Below, one piece after another: positions 13,458-26,461 of a DNA stretch of 42,078 bases. Each line of letters begins with the position of its first letter. Position 1 is the first letter of the stretch. The stretch lies in the NCBI GenBank assembly GCA_038496445.1, contig JALMLS010000367.1:1-42078 (forward strand), written 5' to 3'. The DNA comes from Trichosphaerium sp. ATCC 40318 (Eukaryota; Protista; Tubulinea). The notes beneath the pieces are model-generated. The model ran no database searches. It was given only the letters and a program-made list of their open reading frames with translations, and had not been told where the DNA came from. Both the position numbers and the translations under genes were made by a program.

Positions 13458-16187
13458 ATGAAACTGCTTCTTTTACTTCTTATTTGTTGCCCTTTGGCTT
13501 GTATGAGCGGCACCACAACGTATAATTTTGACGCTTCTAAAACGCACGAAAATCCTTTACGTGGGTTCGTCCCTTTTGTGCCAGGAAGCAATAAGTTCCC
13601 TTTCAGTACGCCACGCACTCTGGTGAAACTAATGTCGAATCCATAGGCATGGAGAACTTTTACGTCAAAATGAAGGACCTAACCAACGGTGTAAACAGGT
13701 GCGCTATTCCCATACAAAAAAACCTGTTAGAACTGCCCATTCTAACACGTGATTTCCGAATAGATACACATTTAACACTGGTTTGGAACCTATACTGAAT
13801 GAAGGTACGCTCTCGAAAATACAAAAACAGATCCTTTTGAGCGAGGTACTAACTAAACATTGATATAGTGGCAAGCCGTGGACATCACGCAGTCTTTCGA
13901 GTGTTTGTGGATTACCCATATCAAACAACGAGACCCAACGATGCTATACCTGCATACTTGCTCCCTGGCATGAACTTATGTTACTACAGCGAGTTCGATG
14001 GAGGTACGCAAAAACAGCTTAAGAGTTGTGAATTTAGTTGTGCTAAATTGCAGAAAGGTGTTGCTCCTGATTACGGAAACACTAAATTTCAAAATGCTGT
14101 TATAAACCTAATAAAAGAAATGGGAAGGAGGTATGATGGTGATAATCGTATAGGTATGTGAAACATGTTTTTTTCAAAAAACACAAAAATCTAATCACGT
14201 TTTTTTTTACAATCAGGAGCAATTCAGGTCGGTTTTTATGGACACTGGTAAGACTAATACTACTCATTTACGATTTTAATAACGCTTTGTTTTAGGGCAG
14301 GTACAATGTATAGCAAATTGCTGTAAGAAATTAATGCGATCTAGAATGGCATAATAGTGGTTGTCCATTAGCTAGCACAGCTTTTCTAAACAGAATTCTT
14401 AAAGCCTATGATGAGTAAGTATAAAACCCCTATAACCCTTTAATGACTGAATATGTATACAATAGCTCCTTTAAGATAACATCTATTCAAGCGAGATATC
14501 CAGCTAGGATTGGCACTTACCGTGCTTCTCAACTTCGCCTTGGTTTTCATGATGACTCATTTGTATACATGAAATATTTATGTTGTTGGTTAACTTGATG
14601 TTTAGGCTCAAGACACGTTGTTCTTCAGTACTGGCTTTTTAGCTGAGCTTAACGCCAACAATGGTATTAATAATTGGAAAAAAGCTCCTATTGGTGGAGA
14701 GCTTCGTCCTGAACTTCAAGAATGTATTATGAGACCAAGTACGCCTAAAAAAAAAACTTAAACAGAATCATGTCCAACCAGTGACACTCTAATTCTAGAT
14801 CCTATATCTGCTTGTTCTGGTGAGAAGGTTGATCCTCAAGATTTCAGTGATTGTGTTGATGCAACGCATCCTTCTTGGTTATGGTACTACAACTTACAAT
14901 AAACACTTTCTCAGCTATCATAAGGAACAATTTTGCTTTCAGTTCCGGGTACCGTTCTGCAGATAGACCAAGGGCGTTAGCTGTACGATGCAATATTAGA
15001 CCTCTTACTTACTAAAAGTGTTGCTTGTAGGCTGCGCTATCAATGGGATATAAGTTCTACATTCAATCGGTTACAACTACTGTAACCGGTGGTCAACTAA
15101 GAGTTACTGTAAAGATGTTTAACAGGGTACACTGAAATACAATTTAAATTACTATTACAACAGCTAACTTGTCTTTACAGGGTAATGCTCCTTTTTACTA
15201 CCCATTACGATTGACAATGGACTATGGTAGTTCCACAGTAAACTTCCCTGGTAAGATTCTTTTTATCGTTTACACCTTCTCCTTTAGCTAAAGAACACGT
15301 GTTGACACATTGTTTTTTAAGGAAATGCACATAATATTATGCCTTCAAAGTCGAAAACATTTACTGTGACAGTTCCTGTACAATCTAACAAAAACACTCT
15401 TGATATAAGGTTAACTGGAAACATTTTATTGAAGCCAATTGTGTTTGCCTCACAGGTATGCTAAGCATCACTGCCTACTTCTTTTAACATCAACCAAAAA
15501 GGGTGCTAAAACAAATGGAAAATTGACAGTTTCAGTAAGCGGTAAGCACCTCCAATCGTATTTCATCTATTTCTTTGTATTCAAACCAGCCGTCCGTTTT
15601 GTAACTTTTGTATTTAGGTGGAAGCAACATTTTTACTCTCCAAAAAGGGAACTCACTTTCTTATGCTCTTGATGGTAAAAATGGTGGCTCTTATGATCAA
15701 AACGTACGCTTTTCTACACCAGTTATATGTACTTATAAGACGTTAGGTTATCATTAACACTCATAACAAAAATAATGTAAACCAGCAATGGGTTGAGATT
15801 TCTCGAGGAAATGGATACTACTCTTACCAAAAGAGAAACACTCAATTCTGTCTTGACGGTAATTCGGGAGGTACAAATGAACAAAACGTAAAACTATGGA
15901 TTTGCGTAGCGAGCGAGCACAACCAACATTGGAAAAAAGGCACGTGTCAAAAAACAGAATGAGAGAACTAGTTGCCTAACTGTTTTTGTGTAACAGTGTC
16001 AGTTGGTGGCGGGAAGTTCAGGCTACAAAAGAGGAACGCTCCAGCTTACTCAATTGATGGTGGAGGTAATTCCTATTTATTTTTTATTCGAAGTTGAAGT
16101 TTTGTTGTAGGCAACAATAAAAATGTTCACTTGTGGTCTTCAAGCAATGGCAATACAAACCAGCAGTGGAAATTCAACCGTGTCTAA
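13458..16187 (+). CDS. Secreted DUF4832/DUF4874-like putative glycoside hydrolase with C-terminal ricin-B-type lectin (multi-exon)
   Basis: Signal peptide, then ENPLRGF, FRVFVDYP, RYDGDNRIGAIQVGFYGHWAEWH, LGFHDDSF, WKKAPIGGELRPE, MGYKFY, NRGNAPFYYP. The C-terminus has QxW repeats (NQQWVE, NQHWKK, NQQWKF) with CLD. Confidence 0.72.
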
Positions 16188-16249
16188 CAAATAAAAGTAT
16201 TTGGTTCCACAAGACCGGTTCAAACTTAGTTTGGTTTTTTTTTTTGTTG

Positions 16250-17447
16250 CTAGTAAAATTTGTGCATTTGAAGTCTACCGTTGATACCCCACTGCTTGAA
16301 TTCACCAACAAGTTTACCATTTTCATAATAACAATGGATGTAAAGGCTTCCATTATTCAACCACTCCTTATACTCTCCATCCTTTAAACCATCAGAAAAA
16401 GAACAATCTTTGCTTTGTACTCCTTCTGAATGCCACCTTTTGTAAAACCCATTGAACTCCCCATTCTTGTACATGCAATGTATCTTCAAGAACCTCTTCG
16501 TATTATACTTATCCTCCCACTCTTTGTAAACGCCATGTCTCTTTCCATCAACAAACTCAATGCTCTTGTAAACATTGTTTTTCCTAAATTCGACATACTC
16601 TCCATGATAAAGTCCATTTTTATATTGACATTGCAGTTTTATTCTTCCAGCGCTGTAAGGATAAGCATATAATGTATGATTGCCATGAAGTTTACCGTTA
16701 TTATACCAACTATGTATCATAATACATCCACTCTTGTACTCTTTATACTCACCGTGATACATCCCTTCTTTATATTGGCAACTCTTAACAGTAACATATT
16801 TACCTTTATACCAGGCATACTTGATATAGTCTCCGTCATACACACCATTCTTGTAACTACATTTCAGAATCACTGTACCAAGAAATAATTTTGTGTATTG
16901 ACCATTCAAAAGGCCGTTTTCATAGTGGCAGTAAACTGATGATCCATTATGTTTGTTTTCTATGTACTTTTTATCATATTTTTTCCCCTTATAAAAACAA
17001 TGTAACCTAACACGTCCTGACTTCTTATCTACTTCCCTGTATTCCCCTTCTAAGACACCATGTTCATAAGTCCTAATATCACCCGTCTTTGAATAAGTAT
17101 AGACGTTCCTACAGCTACATTACAAGGTCTACATTTTGTGATATAAAATTTTTGTTGACAAAAAAAAAAACTGTTGTGACGTGCCTCTTGGCTACGGTTT
17201 CTTTTTTCGGCTCCAGTTGTTTACGCCATTTAATAAACCTTCCATGTTTAGACATATTACTGTCAAATCTAGACGTAACAGCCGCTTCATAGTTTAATAA
17301 AGGCCAACATAAGTACATTTCAGCATCAAACGTCATAATCGCGTATTGAAGTTCTATAGGCAGCGATAGTAAAGGAAATGGGTCATCGTTGTATGAATTC
17401 TTTCCTAGCTGCATTCCTTTACCAAATAACGCTGATAAAACATTCAT
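16250..17447 (-). CDS. F-box-like N-terminus plus MORN-variant (MORN_2/YwqK-like) repeat protein
   Basis: LLSLPIELQYAIM N-terminus followed by many YxNGxxHGEYxEWxxxG repeats. The two ORFs join through a probable GC-AG intron at 17109-17184. Confidence 0.78.
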
Positions 17448-17571
17448 TGCGCTCGTGTCTCCGGTTTGCTTTCGTAACGAACTGAAAAAGAAAAAAAAAC
17501 CAAGTGTTGGTAGCACTTAAGCAAGGTTATTATTTAGCCTTAAACAGCGTTCAGTGGATCCACCAACAATC

Positions 17572-18560
17572 ATGCTACCTCTTAAATTATATGTTGTTGG
17601 GATGGAGACGTTGGTATTTAATAGCAGAACTTTAGTTTTTACTCCATAGCATTAGGTAAAACATGCTTGCTAACACGCCTCAGCGCAAAGTCCTTCCCAA
17701 ACCCTCACGGTACGCTCCGTTTACATACTAAGGGCTTATCAAGTACGCAGCGTCTATGGATTCAAATAGCATAAGGTACAATTGCTAATTTTTTACTGCT
17801 GTTTTTTTGTCACGTGCTATTCTCAATGCTTAGAAATTAGCTTTTTTCCTCAATTCTGCTTTTAAACTTATATAGCGCTCTAATAGATGTATTGGGCAAG
17901 CGAATAAACTTACGTATGATTCTCATTGTGTTCTTTTCTAGTGACCCTCTTGTTAAGTTGTAGGGAACACAGGCGAAGGTTATGATTTAATAAGACGTCT
18001 TTGCTATCCTGTATATTATGCTTTGTTGTAAATTACATTTAACAAGTTCTGAGAGTAGGAGGTAGATGTTGTTTTGATATGCTTCAATATTGCTGACAGA
18101 CAAAGTTTCATAAATGTGTCTGAAAAGGTACACGAATACTTTGAACTGCAATTTGTTTTGTCAGTTGAAGATTGATTGTTCATTAGTGGAAACCTGAAGT
18201 GGAACAATATGGTCCTGAAGCAGCTATTATTCTAGTAAGTACAAAAATGGACCTCAGAACAAACACTGCAAGTATAAATGGTCATATAACAAAGGAAGAA
18301 AGTATAAAGTTAGCTGTCAAAATTGGAGTATGTATCATTTAGCAATTGTTTTTTTGAAGTAGTACTAGGCACATTCATACGTTGAATGCAATGCCCTAAC
18401 TGGGGATGGTGTACGAGATTGTAAGTGTCTACATGGTTAATGTAGCAATACTTTTTCTAACAATAGTGAAGTGTTTGATGAAGCAATATTAGCAGGACTT
18501 GTAAAAAACGGGCACCTTCCTGAGCAAACGCGTGACACCAAACGTTGTGTGCTTATGTAA
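17572..18560 (+). CDS. Divergent Rho/Rac-family small GTPase (multi-exon; apparent 1-nt indels)
   Basis: VVG(D)GDVGKTCLL P-loop, YDLIRRLCYP, VDVVLICF, KWKPEV, STKMDLR, YVECNALTG, VFDEAI and C-terminal CAAX CVLM*. Not present in the ORF track. Confidence 0.82.
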
Positions 18561-18712
18561 TAATGGTGTACTAAAGAGTGATTGACTTGCACAATACTGC
18601 ATTTGTATCAGAACTTACTTGGCGTTCTTTCTCGTCAAGCAGAACTGAAAAAGCTTGAATTTCTGGTGTGATATTAATATATTAATTTGTTAGAATCGAA
18701 GGTGAAGAGAAA

Positions 18713-19635
18713 CTATTTTTTTTTATTAGGTAGGTACTTTCCAACAATTACAGCGTGGTTTATTTTATATGGTACCAGGGTAAGTTGTTCATACGGCCTA
18801 TTTATAAGAATAGTTATCAACAACTTCTGTTGTTCTTGCTGTACCTGAATTTTTCTGCTCGTAGTTCATTTACAGTTTGTGAATAAACTTGCGCCTGTGG
18901 TATTACTGCATCACCAGAGCTTTGCCGCTTGGCCTGTGGTAGTGAGTTAAATAACCTTCAGTTACAGCAACAAAAAGAGGGGATCATTTGTACATGGACA
19001 GAAATAACAAAGCCTCCTCCATCTGAAAGGAAATATTGAGCATTAACACCAATAATATGTGCTTGATCACTTGTAGAAATATCAGAGAAGATGCAATCAA
19101 CTGTATTGACCAGCATTCTAAGTTTGTTCTTGAGAGAGAGGAGGTAGTTGTCTTTTATCTATTCTACCTGTATTTATGTGGATAACGGGCATCCTCAATG
19201 ATTGGAACAATATTTGGTCTGTTTTTAGCAACTTCATCAACTCACGACCACGTTTGTGAGAAACTTCTACAGCGTATACAGTACCCTTCTAAAATGTATG
19301 TAACTAGGTCTGGTTTGTTACAAAGCAACATACCTCTCCAACAATGTCAGACACATGAGAGGCTGTAATACCAGATGCAGCACCCAAGTAGAGCACTCTT
19401 GATCCAGGCGCCATGTGAATATTAATAACACCGCTGATGATTGCTGCTGCAAGCTTTGATTGGAATGGATTCCATGTTCTGTATTCTTTTTCTCATTAGG
19501 TTCCTATAAGAGTTAAGACTGTGTTCCTGGCTTCTGTTGGCTATTAATTGTTTTGAATCGACGTACTTGGCTTTTCACTGCTACTGTCACCTCGTCATAC
19601 ACAGAACGGCCTGGTGTTAGAGAACAGGTAAACAT
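18713..19635 (-). pseudogene. Fibrillarin-like 2'-O-methyltransferase paralogue 1 (5' exon partly deleted, apparent frameshift)
   Basis: [73 protein letters not shown]. It lacks the start region present in the copy at 39248. Confidence 0.8.
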
Positions 19636-19719
19636 ACGCTTTTGATTTTTCTTTTTGGTTTGTCTAAAATAAAAACTGTTGTGGTAAATGAAATATATTT
19701 GAAGTACTGCTTAATGAGT

Positions 19720-21088
19720 TTACATGCTCCATGAGACAAAGAGAAGGACCAAAGAGAATGATACAAGGTTAGTGCTGAAAGAAGTATCTTCCGTTGGTGC
19801 AACAGTCACTTCACTCGGCATCACGGATCCATCACTAGGCGCATCAGGTGCCATTGGAGATTCTGTTGTTGCTGAAGGCGCTTTTGTAGTAGCTGAAGGT
19901 GATTCTGTAGTAGCTGAAGGCGATTCTGTAGTTGGTGAAGGCGCTTCTGTTATTGGTGAAGCTTCTGATGGCATGCTCGGTTCTGCTGTTGGTGTGTTTG
20001 TAGGATTGCATCCAGAGTCTGATGGATCACAGTAAAGATTAGGCATCAAAGTACCATGCCATTTCGCTCTCAACTCAGCAACACTTTGGCTGTCAGCTTT
20101 GTTAGTATCCCAGAAACTGTATCCAAACTTTTCTCTATGAAAGAATGGACCAATGTGGCCACCCCAGAATCCTTCATGAGCCAAAGTATTACACAGACCA
20201 CGAGACCACTTGAGCGACCAAGGAATGCCTGATTTTGGACCAGGAAAAATGCCCTCAGCTCCTCCACCTGCGGCAACACAAGGAGAATGACCATCAGGTA
20301 AGTAAGGCTTTTGATCGTTAGGATCAGAAGGTATGAAACTTGCTCCACAGTGAGAGTTTGTACTGCTTTGACAAGGACCGTAAACTTGTGCAGAATCTGC
20401 TGTGGCGGGGTATTTTGTGTCCCACATTGTAGTGAACTTTCGTTCAGCACCCCACTGAGCACGAGCAAACATGCAGTAATCCTTCTTTACTTGTCTGTCA
20501 GCACTTGTATATCCTAAAAAAAATATCAGTTTTGTTTTTTCTACTTCTTAAGCTGTTGTCTACAATGTAGAAAACACGTGACATGTCAAAGTGCTTTTTT
20601 TCACCAAATTAATTGGAACCCTTTTTTTCGTACCTACAAGCGCTCGCACGTGATTTAATGCTATACGATGCCACTCATCTACTTCTGCTTTCGTTGGATT
20701 CAAGACGTCGGCAAAAGGCTTGTGCTTATAGAATACCTCACGTATGCCTCTAATACGATCTACTTGAGGGCAAATAGCCTTCAAGAAGTCCTCTCTGTTC
20801 ATTTTGGAAGGATTGAAAATAGTTCCATCCCATTTAGAGTCTTCCCATGATTGAGCGTTAATCCAAAGTACGCCATCAGGATCATGTGATACTTGGTTGC
20901 TGGAAATCGCTTTTGTTTCGAATGATGACCAATCAGCTGGATCTGGAGTATACTGCTGTAGAAATACTGTTGTCACACATAAGCATAGAATCAAGCAAGT
21001 GACTAGTTGTGGTAAGTTGTTTGATCCAAAATAATAATAAACCAAGCGCAAATATTAAAAATACAAAAACAACAAGAAAAAATAACAT
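19720..21088 (-). CDS. Secreted, probably GPI-anchored Cys-rich protein with S/T/E/P stalk; possible CAP/SCP-like domain (copy 1)
   Basis: Hydrophobic N-terminus, conserved globular region, (TTESPSA)n stalk and hydrophobic C-terminus LVSFSLVLLFVSWSM; intron at ~20515-20632. Confidence 0.72.
19855..19965 (-). repeat. 21-bp coding tandem repeat (TTESPSA-like heptapeptide)
   Basis: Repeated gctgaaggcgattctgtagta-like units; one more unit than in the copy at ~38880-38965 (250 vs 243 aa ORFs). Confidence 0.85.
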
Positions 21089-21627
21089 AAATGACACGTG
21101 ACAAAAGTATAAAGTTTTTTGGAATTTATTTAAGCCTTGTAAAGTTGAATTGTTTTGGAGATTGTTGTACTTATTCTAACGCATACCTGACACAAAGTTT
21201 TGCATCTTCAGTTGTTACGATGTTGAGAAAAATGGTCTTATTATGAACGTAATTCACAAAATTAATCAAGAGGCAACATTTTATCGTTTTGAAAGGCAAA
21301 TTACGACTATTATCACGTGATTACTCAAAGTAAACTTAATATGACTTGTGTGGTATCTTTTGTACCGAATTAGCTTAAAAATGGTGGCAAAAATAATGGT
21401 ACAAAGCATAATTAGCTTGCACTTTAGAAAATGGCAAAAAAATGATGTTCTACTTCTTTTGACATGCGCTTAATCCACGCTAAAAGAGGTACACGCAACT
21501 AAATACTGTTCGATTATAGCGCTAACGTTTGTATTTAACAAGACCAGTGTCATACGGTACAAAAAGCCATAAATAGAAAAATATCTTCGTAGCATGATTC
21601 AAACGAGGTAAACCAGTTAAAAACAGT

Positions 21628-22868
21628 ATGGCACGCCCAGTTATAATAGACACAGACCCAGGAGGTACGCTAATACCGCTTTTGATATAAATTAACGCAA
21701 AACCCAGTCGATGACGCTCTAGCTATACTCCTAGCGCTTGTTTCGCCTAAAATTAAGGTTCTCGGGATTACAATTGTACCTGGGAACCTAAGTGACGTTA
21801 AACAAATGGCGGAAAACGCGTTCAAGATCCTAGAAGTAGCAAACAGGCGCCACGTGCCAGTACGGACTAAAAACTCAGTCTTTTTTTTTTGACTTTATTC
21901 ATTGCAAAACAGGTCTTTCTTGGCGCCTTGAAGCCTTTAGCCCGTGCTCATAGACCCAGTGATTATTGTGTACATGGCTATGATGGTATGGGCGACACAG
22001 GTACGCCAATAAATACGCCTGTTTGTTTACTAGTTTTCTAGACTATCCTAAAACGGATCGTAAAGTTTCAGATAAATCAGCTGTTGACTTCATTCTTGAC
22101 ACGTGCATACGAGAACAACCAAATAAAGTTACTCTACTGACAATCGGGTACATAGACATTCCGTGGTACATACATTGATAAGCTAACACATGTACTTAGA
22201 CCACTAACTAACATTGCTATGGCTCTTCAGAAAAATCCAAATTTGCCAAAGTATGTCCATGAAGTCTACACAATGGGAGGTGCTGTAGGTTATCCTGGTA
22301 ATAGAACACCTGCAGCTGAAGTTAACAGTAAGTACAACAATGAACGTTCAAAGCTAATAATTGTGGCAGTATCGATTGATCCTGAAGCAGCCAAAATATT
22401 TTTTAATGCAGGTAATGCTTTTTACTAAAGTGAGAAGCTCTGAGATCTCTGAGGCTAACACCAGTTTCTATTATAGGCTGGAAGATACACTTATGTGCAT
22501 TGAATATTACAGAGTCTATATGGCTTAAAGAACCCTTTTTTGAAGCTTTAATAAAAGCGAACAAGACGTTGGGAGATTTTATTTTGAAAATAAGTGAGCC
22601 TTACTTTAAGTTTCATGTACTTGAGTTTGGCGAACGAAAATGGGGTTGTCATGATCCCATGTCTACAATGACAATACTAGAACCTGCAATGTTCACATCA
22701 CGTGAGATATGCGTTGATGTTGAGACAAAAGGCGAATTGACAACAGGTGCAACTATTGGTGATTTTCAGAACGTTTGGAAGCGTCCTGCGAATGTTATAC
22801 TTTACACCAGTGTTGATGAAACAAAGCTAAAAGATGCAATGTGTAACGTATTAAGACATGCAAAGTAA
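21628..22868 (+). CDS. Inosine/uridine-preferring nucleoside hydrolase (multi-exon)
   Basis: VIIDTDPG(V)DDALA, VPGN, VHGYDGMGD, IGPLTNIA, MGGA..GNRTPAAEVN..IDPEAA, CHDP, VDVETKGELTTGATIGD. Confidence 0.93.
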
Positions 22869-23195
22869 AGTATACGATACAATCTAAAGCCTCTGTTCTT
22901 GTAACTTGCGCTTATTTCAAAGAAATCATGTGGTTGGTCAATATAAAACAACTCATTTGGCTATAATTTATGTCCTAAAAGTGGTGTACCAGTAAACACG
23001 TCATATGATGCAGAATAGTTTTTGTTAGGTAGTGTATTATTTATTACACATCTCAACAGTACATAGAGAATCAATTGTTTATTGTTTACCTGTACCTTCT
23101 GTGGTTCCTTGTTCGTGTAAATGATGATACCCAAGTATTCCTATTTCGCTTTGCATATGATCTAGATCGGTTATTCGTGTCTTTTTCTTGAAGAG

Positions 23196-23590
23196 CTATA
23201 TTTTGTTTGATCTCCTTGACGGAGAATACATTGAGCTTTGATCAAGAACATATGCAAGGGATGTTGGACAATACTCAAGGCTTGAACTACAGTAACCTGT
23301 GCTTACAGGGGCATAATTTTGACTCGAACAATATAGAGATAGTGGCCTTTCATTGTAAGTACGTCTTTTCTTTCTACCTCTCTTCCAATGTGGTGATGGG
23401 TGTTGTTTTTGGCGTCTTGGATAGTGTGTTTTTTTTTTGGTTTTGTACAAGATCTTGATTTGTTAGCTCTATTTCTTCGTTTACCCTGATAATTAACACC
23501 CATGGCTGTTATTTTGATATGTTTTTTGGTTGCTATTGGTGTTTTTCGTAGTTGTGTTGTTTTTGTTACTATGGATGCTATGCTCTCGAT
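23196..23590 (-). pseudogene. Low-complexity basic protein remnant with degenerate CTD-like heptads
   Basis: KRGRKKRR followed by [27 protein letters not shown]...YSPS. The paralogue at 41596-42078 continues into good YSPTSP heptads. Confidence 0.5.
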
Positions 23591-23975
23591 AGAAAAACTC
23601 AAAAAAATCTTGAATCTTGATAAAACCCAACCGAGGAGATTGTTTGTTTGTAGACATACTACTTATTGTAAGGTACGTAGATATAGGTTAAACGAACTGT
23701 TTATTAAGTTAAGCGCTGACATAGTCATAACTCGTCAAGGTACATCACACTTATTAACAAACAATAATTACAATACACCATTTTTCAACAAACACGTGAG
23801 CATTTTTTTTACTTGACGCCTGGTGACTGGTGCCTCATGCGCAGATTTTTTGAAGATGAGATAAAGTAATTCCATCGACTAAAAATAGACTAAGTGAATG
23901 TGGCAGTACAATATATTGTTTCTTTATTCAATGTCAATTTCAAAGCTTAAATTTGTCCAGTCTTTTGATACTACT

Positions 23976-26211
23976 TCATGTTCTTATTTTATGTTTCCTC
24001 GGTTCAACCTGCAAAGATATGTTGTATTTTTCGTTTTCATTCATTGTAGTTCTCCATCCATTTATGGTTGATCTTAGCCAAGCCACTGATTTAAAGTTAT
24101 AGCAAGGTTTTAATGTTTTGTTAAAATAACCAATAACCTCTAACAGGATGTTGTATTTTCTCATGTTGTATTGTGGAAATAGTGGACGTAAACAACCACT
24201 TTCTTGTGTAAGAACTATGTCTCGTAGATATAATCCAATGTAAGGAACTTGTGGTTGGTTACACTCACTACGCTTTCTGTACAAAGAATGAGAAGACGAG
24301 GTCTTCAGGTAAAGGGACAAGGTTGCAAAACACTTATTTAAACGTACAAACAAAATTGCCGCATGTCCCTGTTGCGTTCAGTTACACTCAATAAAACGCT
24401 TAAACTTTCATGTGACAACATCGTTGATATTGAAATCTACAGGCTCTTGATTAGCCACGTTTGAGAAAAAAGAAGGAAAAGGAAAAAAAAGAGTGCGCTC
24501 AGAATTGGTATTTTGTTTGAAATCTTAACCTTGCTGAATGTGCCTTTTAGCCTATATACAGGTCCACTATGTAGTCCACTAATAACACCACAAGCATCAT
24601 GAGTATTACCAATATCAACAAGTTGTTGAGCCAACTTAATAAAGTACGAAATTCGCTTTGCACAGGCGTCAGCAGTCTTTCCCTGCAACACTTGTTCAGT
24701 TACATATCCAGCCACCTAAAAACGTTAGTCAGAAAACCATTCATATTTTTAATATCGTACTAATGTGAAATGATCTTTAAGTGCCTGTACTGATCTATGA
24801 AAAGGGTATGGGCAAAAGAATAGAGCTATCATCAAACATTTCCTCATTCTTGAAACAATGTGTAAATGAATGTGTAAACAACCAAAAAAAAAAGGAGAAC
24901 CATACAATTCATGTGTCTTTAGTGTCATCTCTATTGCAAGTTCTCTTTGTGGTATATCCCACAATACATCTGTTTTCTTGATACATTTCTTTGGTATCAA
25001 CAGATTAGATGCCAATGGCTCAGTGTAACAGAATCCTCGGAAATAGAACTCTGATTTTGTTTTCTACAAAAACATATCTATAAGCACACGTGATTTTACC
25101 TCTTTGTTTTACATTGGTTTGAAGCATCACTTGTATTCTATCTGAGAACGCTTTTGATAGTAGTTTGTAGTGATCTGGCGATAACACTTTAAGAGAAGCT
25201 TCAAATTGTAAAGAGAAAGTATTCGATGAAGTTGCAATATCATCACAAAGTGGCATGTGTGATAAAACATATCCCAAAAACTGGATTATCCTTGTTTTAT
25301 TTTGATTAGTTACACCAAATGTGTTATGAAGGCAAATGAGGAAAGGGTGAAGGTGTACCTATGAGCATCAACACTTTTTGGATTCGCTTTGTATATTGAC
25401 ATGAGTTTAGGAATAATATGAGAAACAAACTCATGTTTGTAACAAAGATGGCCTGCTATGAGCGCAACCAAGTCACCTAATTTGATTAAACATTAATCAC
25501 AACAATGAACATACTTGAAGTGTCATAGTTGATCGTTTTAATATTAAAACATAAGTCATCAACAAGTTCTGTATGAGCAAACTTTGTGTTGTGACAAATC
25601 AGTTTGACAAATCCATCAACTGTACACACACGTATAGATTCTATGCTGAAAAGACAACCATCGCTTGATTTCTCAGTTTGTTCCAACTCTTTGCATAGCC
25701 TGATGTCCTTGTGTATAAACTAAAGCAAAAATCACTTAGTAAAAAAAATTCGTTATTGAGCACATCACGTGATGCAAAAAACTTTATGTTTACTGTCACG
25801 TGGTTTGTATACAGTAGTTTGTTAACGTACGGCATCAATTTGAGGATGTTTCTGTAGTAATTCAACGGTAGGTTTGACAAGTATGCGTACAAGCGCAACC
25901 CATGTACCACGACACAGTTCAAGCATTTTAGATGCTTGGTAGACGTTATTATTCCATAAATAGTTTGTAGTCTTACCATCTTCATATTTGACGCCGTTTT
26001 TCGCTAACAGCGGTTTAATCGTTGTAGGTAACGCAAAAACAGCACACCAAGTTTTTGAAACCTAAATACCGTTAGTCACGTGCGCGTGGTTATTTACACG
26101 TGTGCTCATCACTACACATACTGTAGAGCAGTTGTGGCATAGTTGTTGAGGAGAAAGGTTCATAAATATGTGTTGAAGGATCTCATTGGGTAGATCATTT
26201 ACCGAAGTCAT
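23976..26211 (-). CDS. F-box plus RasGEF (REM and CDC25-like) protein (multi-exon)
   Basis: N-terminal F-box VNDLPNEILQHIFMNLS..LCHNCSTVC. CDC25 motifs ELAIEMTL, AKRISYFIKLA..GNTH...ISGL.SGPVYRLKGT, VPYIGLYLRDIV, YNISLQVEPR. Confidence 0.85.
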
Positions 26212-26461
26212 CAAAAACAAAGCAAAGAGATGTGACGGGTTCAATTGAACAGATTTTTAAACTTTTTTATTCATTGAAAACAACGATTGACATTTTGTTT
26301 CAGGCTGTATTTTTTGGTGTTTTGCTCAAAACCAGTTGTATCTTTCTGTGTTGGTTTATAGGAACTACCAACATAATATGGACGCTGTTTATTCACGTGC
26401 TATAGCACGTTGTGAGAAAAGGTATTACATGCTACTTGTCGTTGGTCAAAAGAAAGGGAAA

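Noticed and set aside
16250-16909. Bacterial YwqK toxin-antitoxin module
   Set aside because: The similarity is only the generic MORN-variant repeat; there is no toxin partner and the gene appears spliced.
19724-20468. Antisense and alternate-frame ORFs over the GPI protein (also 38373-39096) and many other 60-130 aa ORFs
   Set aside because: They are shadows of real exons or repeats, or exon-plus-intron read-through, with no independent motifs.
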